A stretch of 54,707 nucleotides of DNA, the filler included, from Sphacelaria rigidula (taxonomy: Eukaryota), in NCBI GenBank assembly GCA_964200075.2. It is 5 parts of 5 records of this genome, joined end to end, with 100 filler letters (N's around TTAATTAATTAA, not from the genome) between each part and the next. Parts side by side here need not be neighbours in the genome. Positions count along the whole stretch, not along the records: positions 21,926 to 32,787 come from CAXNAA020005777.1; positions 32,888 to 43,748 come from CAXNAA020005778.1; 3 more parts are not named here. One strand, 5' to 3'. The notes below the pieces were generated by a model. The model searched no databases. It saw only the letters and a program-made list of their open reading frames with translations, and was not told the origin of the DNA. The position numbers were made by a program, and so were the translations under genes. Positions 25,333 through 37,237 of this stretch are shown piece after piece. Position 1 is the stretch's first letter, and every line of letters begins with the position of its first letter.

Positions 25333-28300
25333 TCAACCATGATTTGTCCCAAACCACGCGTTGAAAAAACCCAGATCGAGCTCCGCACGCGCCAAGCGCA
25401 CCATCCACTCCGCTTTTTCTTTAGCAGCAGGCAGAGACGAGCAACCTTCCCGGCCGTGATAAAGGCTGTTATCATCGAGAGAGCTCGAGTTTATCAGCGC
25501 CAACTCAACGATTACCCTCCCTACCCCAGGCTCCTCGATAACGCCCCGCCGCCGTTCCCGCCGCACCTCGCTGTGAGCTATGTCAACCACATCGACAAAA
25601 AATCCACTTTGGGTACAATCGTCAGTCGCCACGTCATCACCCGGTGTTGTTGCGGGCACCACTTTGTCCTCGCCGCCAACACTGCGGTGGCCGTCGAAAA
25701 TCTTGCCAAAAACCATGGCAGCTGTAAAGGCCCACATCGTGTCACCGTGCTCATCGCACAGATAAAAATCCGTCAGCAGGACGTCCTCGAACACACCCGA
25801 CAACCCCCCCGAGGTCGAGAACGGGAGCTGCGGGCTGGTGCTTAGTGTCAACGCACTCCCGGCGCGTGCACCGCTAGCCGCCTCCCACCCCCCAGCATTT
25901 ATGCCCCCAGGGCGAACTAAATCAATGCACACCACTTTCTCGTGTGACGAATGGTTATGAGAAAGAGGGGATGAAAAACCCGAATTCGTTCCTCGCGGCC
26001 TTGAGGCCAGCGATTGTGGCCCTTGCAGGCGTAAGCGCCCGGTCACGCCTGTGGCCTTCGTCTCCCAGGCGGCAACGCCGACGGTCCTCAGTCCAATTGC
26101 TGCGGACAAGTTCTCAAGGCCATGTGCAGGCCCAGCGGAATCATCGCCATACACCAGGCTCTTTCTAATGCGGCGCGGCCCGCCTTTCTCCGGTGTCGTG
26201 TCAGCAGCGTCGACACCGTGAAAGTCAAGCACAGTTGGGCGGCGGGTTGACGCGTCTAACACGAGTTGGTGCGGAAGGTGTACGCTCAGAAAACCAACGG
26301 CGGCCTCGGATGAAACATCGGTGTCTGCTTCTATGCCATTCGCGTGCTGCTGCTGCTGCAGGCGGTCACCAAGTACCCCCAGCAGCAAACAGCCGCGCGT
26401 GAGCGCTGGCGGATAAGACGCCACAGTTCGTTTTTTTTCAACTCCTTTCGTGTCAGATTTTTTGTTGTTGCTGCTGGCGTTGTGATCGCTGCTCAATATC
26501 TCGTACAAAGCGACCGAGTCCTCGTCGCGGCTTCGCCCCAAAAATCTCGCCTTGGACATTACAAGACGCGAGTCCATCGAGGTCTTGAAAAGGGTAGCAC
26601 CTGCTAGCCAAGTGCTGGGCGTGGAGAGCGCCACGCGCACGCCCGTCGACGCCTGCGACGCTGTCATCGTTGCCGCAGATGGAGGTACAGAAGGCAGCTC
26701 GACCTTGACCGAGCTGCTCAGGGAAAACATGCGCATGCCATTCCGGGTGGAAGGTTGGCTCAACACGTTCCCCCTAGACACCCAGCCCCCTATCCTTGTG
26801 CCGATTGAATCAACAATCTTGACTGGCTTGCCGCCCAGGCGAACGCTCAGCTTCGTCTTCAGGGCGTCCACAGAGGGACGAAGAGCGTGAACGCCACTCA
26901 GACGACGTCGAACTTGAGCTACTTTCTGCGTAGCCCTTGACGACCGAGAGTCCAACATGATATCGATGGCTGACACAAATAGATCCTTGAACAGTGTTCT
27001 ACCAGCGGTGGTAGTTCCCAAGGCTTCTGCCGTAGCTGTCTCTGTGTGATCTCGTACTCGTTTTGGCAAGCGCGTGTAGACGATGCGCCAGAGATATTCG
27101 CTTTCGTTGGCGGCTTTGGCCAGAGCCTTGCAGCTAAGTTGCGACTGCGTTTCAAGTCGGAAGCATGTAGGGAGACATGGGGCAAACTCTTGAGAAAGGG
27201 GGAGAGAGCAGCAAAAATGAACGGCGAAAAGTGTATCATCCCATTAAGAGTGATGCGAACATTATGAAAATATGCTTCGCATGCCCAACCTGTTGGTGCT
27301 ACCGTACGCACCACACACAATTCCCTCGCATTCAAAAAAGACAGGACTCCCGCCGACCCAGCCAACGCGTCGCTCGATATCCCCAGAAGGGTGTTCGCCT
27401 TGGGCAATTTATATGTAGCTCCGCCTACTGAAGAACGCGCCAACGCCGCGACCCGGAAACCTCCCCCCGCCGCGGGCTTCCCCTTCGCACCTGTCCCAGA
27501 ATTGCCGCGTTCACTGCAACGACCGTGGCTGTCGTTGTTGCCGCTGCTCTCAGCGGTTGATCCTGCTGAGGTAGAGTCAGGGTACGCTGTGGATCTCGAG
27601 CCAGTGAGGCGCACTGGACCTCCGGCCCCTCCTCCACCGCCATTGTCACCAGTAGGATGATGAGCGACAACTTGTCCACCGCGTGCGTGGTCGTCGTCCT
27701 CAGCTTTCCCGTCGTTACTGCGGTTCTGCCGCAGGCACTGCGCCAAAGCGTTCGGACGCTGTTGTCTTCTTCCCCCAGACTTCTTGCGCTCTCCCGAATG
27801 ATGTTTTGTCTGAGTTGCCCCCCGAGTAGCTACTCTCTGCTTGGGGGGCACGCGACTGGGCTGATTGCTGGCACGCTGCGCTTGAAGCGCGCTGGCAGTT
27901 TTCATACTTCGCCGCAACCACCGATCTCCCGTCAAAAATGCTTCTGGGTGCTCTAGGGGCGGCAAGACTTCGAGCAACCCCGCCAGCACTGATTCTCCGG
28001 TATCGTCGACGTTTCCTGGCATCTCCGCCTCCGAGCGAACACGGGCGAAGGGAGATCCGGCACCGTCTCCGTGGCCCAAGGGAATCCCTTCCTTGTCGAG
28101 CAAATCCTTCAGCATATACGTTGTCTCCGGTCCGCGTTTGGCTTCAAATATGGCGATGCAGCAGTGCGGCGTCGGCACCCGTTTACCAGCCATGCCTTTA
28201 GTGCCTTCCCTGTGCCCTACACACAGGACTCGCGCTCGCGTTTCGCGAGCCGCTAACCAGGCGCAAGCCCCGTCGAACGAGGTCGGCGCAGTCGGATCCC

Positions 28301-29115
28301 TAGGGAGCAAACTGATTCCTGGGAATGCGTCCCGAATGTCCTCGTCGGACATGGTTATGGCGTCGTCGTATCCGATCCTCACCAATGCTGCGGTGCATGA
28401 TCCAAGCCCAGGTACAACCTGTGCACGTTACAGGCACACCCGAACACACAATATTCGCGGGTTGATCGGAAAGTCTGATGACGTGCCAAACGTCAAGTGA
28501 GGCACGTTACTCTTGGTACATAGTTTTTTCCAACATGTTTGGATGACGCGCACGGTGATACACAATGCGAGGGCGCTTGTTGCGCTGAGGTGACTGTCAA
28601 GACACTGCAGAGATGGTGACGGCTGGTGCGAGGGTACCTGCCGAGTGTTTGCAAGGAGGCCGCGTGTTGAGTACATTTTCAATCGGCCCTCACGTTCGAC
28701 TACCTTTTGTGATCTTCCCAATTCTGGATACTTGAACACGTGAAAACAATATTTTACTGCGCGTTGTACAGTCCCACCGCAAGAGCATCTACGAACCAGG
28801 CAGCGTCGCGTCTCGCACCTGTAGAGGCAGTCCGCCTAGCTGGTGCGCTATGCAGAAGGCGGTCTGGACCGCACGCAGTAGGGGAGAGCAATGGACCCTA
28901 TCGAACCCTGAACTATCTCGCGCAGACCGCTGATTAAAAGGCAGGCTTGCCAAGAAGCGGCCCGCCTTACTCGCTTGGATATGACCGTGCCTGGTCAGAG
29001 TAGTATCGTAGTACCGACCTTCGTGGTAAGCTGTTGACGTCTTGAAATTGGTCTTTTCTCGACCCGAGACCTCGTCGGCTCGTTGTCCGTGTCGCACATG
29101 CCATATTTCGACCAT
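25333..29115 (-). CDS. Histidine phosphatase (phosphoglycerate mutase superfamily) + F-box fusion protein, ~1071 aa (exons 29115-28819, 28418-27312, 27144-25333)
   Basis: Exon 1 has VRHGQR, DTTLTRHGHIQA and CSPLLRAVQTA; exon 2 has VVPGLG...VLCVGHREG (second catalytic His). The phase-0 intron 27311-27145 (GTGCGT...CGCAG) joins LLGISSDALAGSAGVLSFLNARELCV to SQLSCKALAKAANESEYLWRIVY, an F-box pattern. Exon lengths of 297, 1107 and 1812 nt are all multiples of 3. Confidence 0.82.
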
Positions 29116-31059
29116 TCAACTGCGGATGAGAGAGCCATACGGACAAAAAAGCACACACAGGGTATCGATTACCAAGCTTGCAAAGACGCATGGTGGACGC
29201 GGATACAGGACACGATTCAGCAAACGGTGTCGGTTTCGAAGCCACGACATTCTGGTACCCCCAGAAGACTGCAACTGCACCCTTGGTGCATGTGAAGTAG
29301 CAGCTTAATCCTTTGTACATCTCCTCTCTGCATTACCCGAATCACATGTACCACCAGCACAGCTTGTCCAGATGTGTACATTACCAATGCACATGGCCTA
29401 GTGTACATGCTACCAAAGTGCACTGCGGACCTGTGGGTGCGGGTTTGGTCGAGGGTTCGTTGGAGACTTTGGGGCAGGGTAAGGGTAAGTGATAGAACTA
29501 GGCGGGCATTTTATTATAATCAAACGTACGTTTTGTGTGACATCGGTGGACGGCAACGATACCGTTTTGTCCGAAGGTGCTCATCGTATTCGAGCAAAGA
29601 ACATCAATAAACAACTCAGTCACTGTTTGACACCAAAAATAACAGGATATTCCTAGCCTTACTTCACAGGCACTGTCGGGTGCATCCCTAACTTATGCAC
29701 CAGTCCTGGGCTAGGGGCATGTTTCATTTGACACCACAATGTTCTCCGTCACGTGTAGCGCCTGATTCAGTGTCAGGTTTGTCATCACCCATACGAAACG
29801 CGAGAAGTGGCGGATTCAGCAAATCTCATGAGGCACATGACAGAAGTGTCGGTACACAGCTGTAACTAATCTTGTAGCGACGTCCCCGATTAACTCCAGT
29901 TGAATTTTACAGACCACGGCGCACATGTTGGCGATAGTCTGCCCGCCCCCCAAAGTGGGGCAAAGCTGATACACCCACTAAACGAACCCGTAAAGTCATT
30001 TTTCATTATGGCATCCAACACGCGAGCGAACAGAGCTCATGCTATCTCGCGTGGCATGTACTGCAAGTGGGCACACAAGCAGACCTTGCTAGTAACCGCC
30101 GTTTACTCGCAACATTGTGCTCATAGCCTGACCCTGCAGTGCGATACAATACGGTCAGCGCTCATCTCTACCTGAGCTCTTCAATTGACAGGGAGAGGGC
30201 GCCATGTCACGATTTCAGGTACTGGTAGCTATGCATCCTATCACACAAAGAAAGTGAAGCTGCCTCAGTAGGCGCTGCGTAAGAAGAGATGCTGTCAGCT
30301 CCCATGGTGGCTTACTACATACATGAGATATGTTGTCGAAATGCTCACTGATGACACCTCCAAAACACGACTTTTCAATCACGGCTTACCCTCTATAACG
30401 GGCCGCCTATGATCCCTTCACCGTGTGCATTCAATGTCAGCGCAGGAGAAAACAGCGGGGGAAGTTATGGATACCACAACATGAAGCGCCGCGTCTCGGT
30501 GACCTAATTATCTACCTGAAGCCAGAAAATGCAACGACGCGGCTTCGATTTTTCTTCAGAAAAATATCCGATTCCCGTCGTTGAACACATGGAGGGCATG
30601 AGTAGACGAGAGTCGACGCTATGTGGGAGTGTTGGTCCAATCCGCGAAACCAATTCGCAAGGCGTGTACAGGGAGAGAGATGAGCTCACTCATTGATACC
30701 ACAGACTCGTCCTGAGGAAGGGGAGGGGTGGAAAGTGTGCAAAAAGAAGTAGGGAGGCAACATCCTCACAAGTGTCCGTCGAGGTCTCATCACCTTTTGA
30801 CATATGATCTGAACATTAATTGTTTGCGCGACCGGCGATGCCCACTGGGTGCTGCAGTTCGCTTGACAAAAGGGAGATCAAGTACGCAGGCTCTTATCTC
30901 AAGACCCGCGACATCCGTCGCCATCCATCAAGACGGTGGTGTTGAATCGTTCTCGAAGACAGAACAAGGTCACATGCGTGCCGCAGGAACAGAACGAGTT
31001 CAGCGCTATATGCTCATCTCGAACTTCAGGTCTATCTGGGCGTTCACCCAAGACCTTGC

Positions 31060-31640
31060 AAGCTCATGCGGAACGTCTATCTGGACTGCGAAAGAGTGAT
31101 ACCACGACAGCCCTCCTCCGAAAGACGCTGGTTTGAGGAGGCAATCTCTACATGAAAATCATAATCGAGCAGCCAGGAAGTCCCACGCCCGGGATCGGTG
31201 TCGCCAGTACCGCTCATGTGAGGCACTTCATGCAGTCTGAATCCATATGCGCTGTATAGACACTTTGTTCGTGACAGGATTGGGGCTGGTAGGGGGGGAG
31301 GGGGGAAGGGGGAGGGGGGTGTACTCATGATTTCGTATACCGTAGTCATGTGACCATTGACTTCGCATCCCTACAAAGCCGGGATGGAGCGCGCCGGGGT
31401 CTCGCCAGACCAGGCTCGCAATCAATCACCAAGCGCGGAGCACCGTCATGTGCTCGGCGAGTCGCATGAACAGTGAGCTGCATCATGCTAAGGTTCTTAA
31501 GCCCGAAGCGTACTAATTATCTTGGATTTGAATAACAGCCTCCGATGAATCACTTTCTTCTGGTATCGCCACTTCCAGAAAACAGCCACGGTTCACACAC
31601 TGCCTGATGGGTGTTTTACCATTTAAACAGTACGTAGCCT
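31060..31640 (+). mobile_element. Degenerate repeat/LINE-associated fragment, same family as ~42860-43360
   Basis: gtactcat...ccgtagtca...gaccattgac.tcgcat.ccta...cgccgggg and act.attatctt...ataacagc...acagccacgg are shared with 43055-43360. Confidence 0.6.
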
Positions 31641-32787
31641 TGCGATTCTTAGTTCTTTGGTTGGCGGTATTTGGGGCCTTGGGTCTCGCCCGTAATCGTA
31701 CCCTATGTTCATTTCTACTTAGCGTTGCGCGTCGAGTTAGAAAGCCGGGTGCCACCCCCTGAAGTCCGAATGGCCACCTGCGGCACCGGATCTTCTGAGG
31801 TTAGCCATATGTATTCTCTTTTTTCCTACAATAGGTTGCTCTGCTTCGCATCGCGCCTCCAACTTTCCTATCCTTTCTTACATCGGAATGGAATGAAAAA
31901 TGGACAGAACATACAGACTCCCCCAATGAAGTGCAAGAACGGCATACAATCTTGAAACAGTCAGCAACAGCACGTTTTCGGTTGCTATTTGACACGCACG
32001 GGACCGCATTTCATCCACTACTGGACGGATTTCCGTCAAACAACGGCTGTCTTGCGTGGATGATGGGCTAGCGCTTGAACAATGCGCGTGAGTGGTGGGT
32101 GTCTATGCGTCGGTTTTCGTGGCTCGGTGTGTCGGCGCTGTGCTACCTCGTTGCGCCTTGTCCGCAGCACTACAGAGATATTGGACTAACGTCCACGTTC
32201 AGAACTGCCGCATAGTTCACCTGTGCACAGATCTGGCCTTCGATCTAGACATAACTGCTTGTCTAGCACTACAACTGTTCAGGCACTCTCCAGCGCACAT
32301 CGCACCGTGATCGTCGTAGAGTATTTAGATGCACAACAGCACAGCAACAACTACAGCATAGAAATGATGGGTGTGGGAAGCGTCTTGTTCGTTTGACTCG
32401 AGACGAAATAGCCAACACACCATGCAAGTGTGATGCGTGAGAGGGAAACGGTCAAGCTATAAAAAGACAGGGGAAAATTCCGATCACCTGACTGTTTTTG
32501 TAAGCATAAGCATGCAGCAGTATCAGCGGCATATAACGTAACGTGCCGAGTGCATGGGTAATGTCGCACGACGAAACGCGGACCGCCTCCCGGACGAGAA
32601 GCAGCAGCAGCAGCAGCAGCAGTATCAGCAGCATATTTATTGCCAGTAAATGTACGCGGCTGGGGATGGGTCTGAATCAGTCAGTGCCGATGCTGCTGCT
32701 GCTGCTGCTCTTGATCGTAGACGGTCCGCGTTCCGACCGTGCGACAACACCCGCGCACCTTGCGAGTGATGGCCACTGTGCTCGACA

Positions 32788-32887
32788 NNNNNNNNNNNNN
32801 NNNNNNNNNNNNNNNNNNNNNNNNNNNNNNNTTAATTAATTAANNNNNNNNNNNNNNNNNNNNNNNNNNNNNNNNNNNNNNNNNNNN
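32788..32887. other. Artificial contig linker
   Basis: N-TTAATTAATTAA-N, 100 bp. Confidence 0.97.
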
Positions 32888-33266
32888 CGTTCTCATTTTT
32901 CTGGCAACCCTGTTAATCGCTCGAGAGACTGGCATCATCGATGTTACCAGCATGTACCCAGTTGTCCATGTTGTGCCTAAAGACCGAGCTGCGGAGAGAT
33001 CTAGTCTCTTCGTCCCACCCGAGCACCCCAACGACGCGAAGATCAATTTTCCTCTGGCTCGCTTTCTGGACAGCACGCGCCTCTGTGCGCTGAAAAACAT
33101 GTCCTTGAAAAACAGGGCAATACTCCCGTCACCACTACTACTGTTCTCTGTCACACACATGCCCGCAAGGACGGTGCTGCGGCAAAACCAGATAGATCAA
33201 ATATGAACTTAGGGGGTGTTATTCGTTGTCGATTTTCCCCCACCCCCAACCGGGCGCTTGACCACA

Positions 33267-33749
33267 CGGAGACCAAACCGTCTCCGCAAGGTCTAAACAC
33301 ACCCCAAAACAGTGATAGCTACAGCACATGAGAGCGGAAGTGAGTGTGTTTGTGCTGCAGTACAGTGAGACCAGACACGCCCCATGTTTTAGTTCTTCGA
33401 CTGATTTTAAACGGGCCCTTACTGTTTGCAGGGTGCCGATGTTGAACGCTCGGACATGATCGCCCTTCGCGCAAATAGTTGTGAATTAAAGCTGTCAAAC
33501 AAAGACTGTTGTGTGTACGCTCAATCTCAGCGGAGACCAAACCGTCTCCGCAAGGTCTAAACACACCCCAGAGCAGTGTACAGCACATGAGAGCGGAAGT
33601 GAGTGTGTTTGTGTTGCAGTACAGTGAGACAAGACACGTCCCATGTTTGAGTTCTTCGGCTGATTTTAAACGGGCCCTCACTGTTTGCAGTGCGCCGATG
33701 TTGAACGCTCGGACATGATCGCCCTTCGCGCAAATAATTGTAAATTAAA
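33267..33749 (+). repeat. Direct tandem duplication of a ~220-bp repeat (starts 33267 and 33531); diverged inverted copy at ~46020-46142
   Basis: cggagaccaaaccgtctccgcaaggtctaaacacacccca...ggacatgatcgcccttcgcgcaaata occurs twice, 264 bp apart. Confidence 0.9.
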
Positions 33750-34448
33750 TTATCCCCATGTATGGGTCCTGTGCTTGAAATTCGTGACGCGGCATATGGT
33801 CACTCGTGTACAATACACACAGTCTGTAGTGTCTGCACCGCTTGCAAGCAGGGTGTCTTGAGTGCGTGTGTGCGCATTTCGTTCAGGGAATATGAAGGAG
33901 AAGCGGGCAACATGCAGTGCAGAGAGCCCAGGACTATCAGTCCTCCCTGCTTACAATGCGACGTGAAGAGGACTTCAGCAACGTGCAGCTTTGTAAAGAC
34001 TGCACTATCTATGAGCGTGCACGCAACTCGGTTGCCCACCGTACCACGCAGTTCTGTCGCTGATGCCCATCATGAGAGAAGACGTGCAAGTTTTCACCAA
34101 CGAAAAATAACAAAGCATACCCAGCTACTGCAGTGTATCTTTCCACAAGTGATAGCATGCTGTTCACCTCCCCTGTCCGAGTACAGGCTGTACTCTGCAA
34201 GCACAGAGAGTACAGTAGTGACGGTGTCATACTGTATACAGTTCGTCTTCAGGCTCTGAAACTAGAAAACACTGCAGAAGTGCCGTGTTGTCTTGTGTTC
34301 AATGTAGTACTCTCCACTTCATATATCACTGCAGAATTGTCTCGTTTTCAGTGCACTACCCTGTACTCCAGATAATGGGGTCATGTTTTGAGCAATTCTT
34401 GAAAAGTTCTGTTCGTTTTCTCACAAGTTCTCGAAACGTTCTGCTTGT

Positions 34449-34653
34449 TTTTCTGTCACAGAAATCCAATACCGGATCTGGAATAGCCTGAGACAACAAC
34501 CCATTTGAAAATTGGAAAAGTTCTGATTGTTTTTTTGAAATTTTCTGATTGGTTTTGAGAATGTATTCTGAAAAAAGCAAAACAATTTTCTGTCACAGAA
34601 ATCCAATGCCGAATCTGAAATGGCCTGAGACAACAACCAGTTTGAAAATTGGA
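34449..34653 (+). repeat. ~70-bp direct repeat pair
   Basis: ttttctgtcacagaaatccaat.ccg.atctg.aat.gcctgagacaacaacc..tttgaaaattggaa at ~34449 and ~34586. Confidence 0.85.
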
Positions 34654-34759
34654 ACTCAAACTGACCGTGGGCGATAAGGCCAATCGAGGTGGTATTACGG
34701 TGGCGTATAGTTAGTGAAGGCTCGACGCCAAATGTCTGTTTATGGGCAACTGAAACGTC

Positions 34760-36300
34760 CTATAGCTTCAAAGAACCGGATCAATGAGTGTGTCACGCAG
34801 CAGAAAAAAAAACGGGAACAAAATATTTTGGTGATGGGTTATGCCGTAATATCCATGATTTGGGACGTTACCCTTGGGCTTGCTCGGGGTAAGAGTCTGA
34901 ACAAACATTCCATTATATAATCGTCAATTCTGATTGGAATATAACAAACGATGGCTTGAAAGAATCACATAAATGAGGGTGTCACACAGAGGAAAACAAA
35001 ATGAGAAAAAAATATTTTCGCAACAAGATATGCCTTAATATTCATGATTTAGGACGTCACCTTTGGGGTTGCTCGGGGTAAGAGTCTGAACGGACAGTTT
35101 ACTGTAGAATCGTCAATTTTGATTGGAGTGTAATAACCGATCACTTAAAAGAACCGCATCAACAGGGGTGTCACGCAGGTGAAAAAAAATGGAAAAAAAA
35201 TATTTTCGTAACGAGATATGCCTTAATATCCATGATTTTGGACGTTACCCTCGGGCTTGCTCGGGGTAAGAGTCTGAACAAACATTCCATTATGTAATCG
35301 TCAATTCTGATTGGAATATAACAAACGATGGCTTAAAAGAATGGCGTGAATGAGGGTGTCACGCAGCAGAAAACAAAACGGGGAAAAAATAATTTCGCAA
35401 CGAGATATGTCTTAATATCCACGATTTTGGACGTCACCCTTGGCCTGGTTCGGGGTAATTGTTTGAACAAATATTTACTGTAAAATGATCCATGTTGATT
35501 GTGGAAATCGTCATGCGTTATGCCTTGATATCCATGATTTTGGACGTTACCCTTTGGCTTCCTCGGGGTAGGAGTCTGAACAAATATTTGACTATATTAT
35601 CGTCAATTTTGATTGGAATATAACAAACGATGGCTTAAAAGAATCACATAAATGGCGGTGTCACGCACAAGGAAATAAAAAGGTTGAAGAATATTTTGGT
35701 GATGGGTTATGCCGTAATATCCATGATTTGGGACGTTACCCTCGGGCTTGCTCGGGGTAAGAGTCTGAACAAACATTCCATTATATAATCGTCAATTCTG
35801 ATTGGAATATAACAATCGATAGCTTGAGAGTACCGCATCGAGAAGAGTTTCACACGGAAGAAAAAAAACAAATTCGAAAAAAATCGTAATGAGTTATGCC
35901 TTAATATTTATGATTTTGGACGTTACCGTTGGGTTGGCTCGGGGTAAACTTTTGAACGAATATTTTACTGTAGAATCGTCAATATTAATCGGAATATAAC
36001 AAACGATGGCTTAAAAGAGCCGTATGAAAAAAGGTGCCACGCAGGAGAGAACAAAACGGGAAAAAAATGTTTTCGTGATAAGTCATGCCTTAATGTTGAT
36101 AATTTTGGACGTTACCGTTGGGCTGGCTCTGGGTAGACTTTCGAACGAATATTTTCGTGTAGAATCTTCAATTTTGATTGGACTATAGCAACCGATAGCT
36201 TAAAATAATCATATGGATAAGGGTGCCACGCAGGAGAAAACAAAATGGGAAAAACATATTTTTGCAATAAGCTATGCCTACATGTCCATTTTACCCTTGG
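34760..36300. repeat. ~189-bp tandem satellite, about 8-9 diverged units
   Basis: Anchor GTGTCAC/GTGCCAC at 34790, 34979, 35168, 35356, 35658, 35847, 36034 and 36223 (period 187-189, one partly deleted unit). Confidence 0.92.
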
Positions 36301-37237
36301 GCCGAATCGAGTGCCCGTTTACCCGAGGTGTCCCTCTTGAAATATCGATATCTCGAGATTGCGGACGCTGATTCAAAATCTAAATGAATCGTTCGAATCG
36401 CCTGATTCATGGCTATCTATTTAAACTGATTCTACGGTTTGCTGCTAAAAATTGGGTTCGAAAAAAGGATTCCCCCGTGAAAACGTAGTGCTCGTTTTCG
36501 ACGTGCGCTACCGCAACTTGTGTTTGCTTTCTGCATATGCGATCGGCACCTGACGAATACTACACTCTTCAAGTTTGATTTAATGTATCCAAGTTACGTA
36601 TGTGTTGCGGCGATATAAATATAATAGTGTCTGCAGCGGGCTTGAAGCTTTTGGTAGCGCTGCAAAACAGGTTTTAATTGAAGGGGCCTCAATTCTGTGC
36701 AGATTTGTTTTCCAATACATTTACTTCCATTAACTATATGCCACCGTAATAGTCGCGGTCGAGGAGTTCCGGATGGAAACCGGATTCTCAACACAAATAA
36801 AAGCACGTCTCCCTTACGTTGGGATTCGAAGCTATGTTATACGCGCGATAACGTCTGCCCAATCTGGCAATTCGTCAGTTCACCAGAATGACCACCCGGG
36901 CGCAGTGTGCTGTCATACGGCGTCAATTGCTACTAGTGTGCATCGATTTCCACCTCATCTCAAATAATCGGGGGGGTTTTCTCCACAGCACTTCCAACAC
37001 TAACGCCCCGAAAATAAATCTGGTGGATCCTTAGGATGGGGAAACAGGATGACTTCACAGCCTGACAGAAATTCCTTCTCATAGAGACGATGGAACAACT
37101 CGTTCTAAACCAAGTTTCCTTCAAGAGGATTGATATTGCACGCCAGCTGCTAGTGCAATCTACGCAACGACATCGGTTTACGTAGCGGCATCTTTCGTCA
37201 CCTCTGACATCTACAGCGGGGGGCTAGACAATCCCAA

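Noticed and set aside
26919-27069. Overlapping genes or programmed frameshift between the 488-aa and 578-aa ORFs
   Set aside because: Explained by a canonical intron (27311-27145) that restores the frame and completes the F-box.
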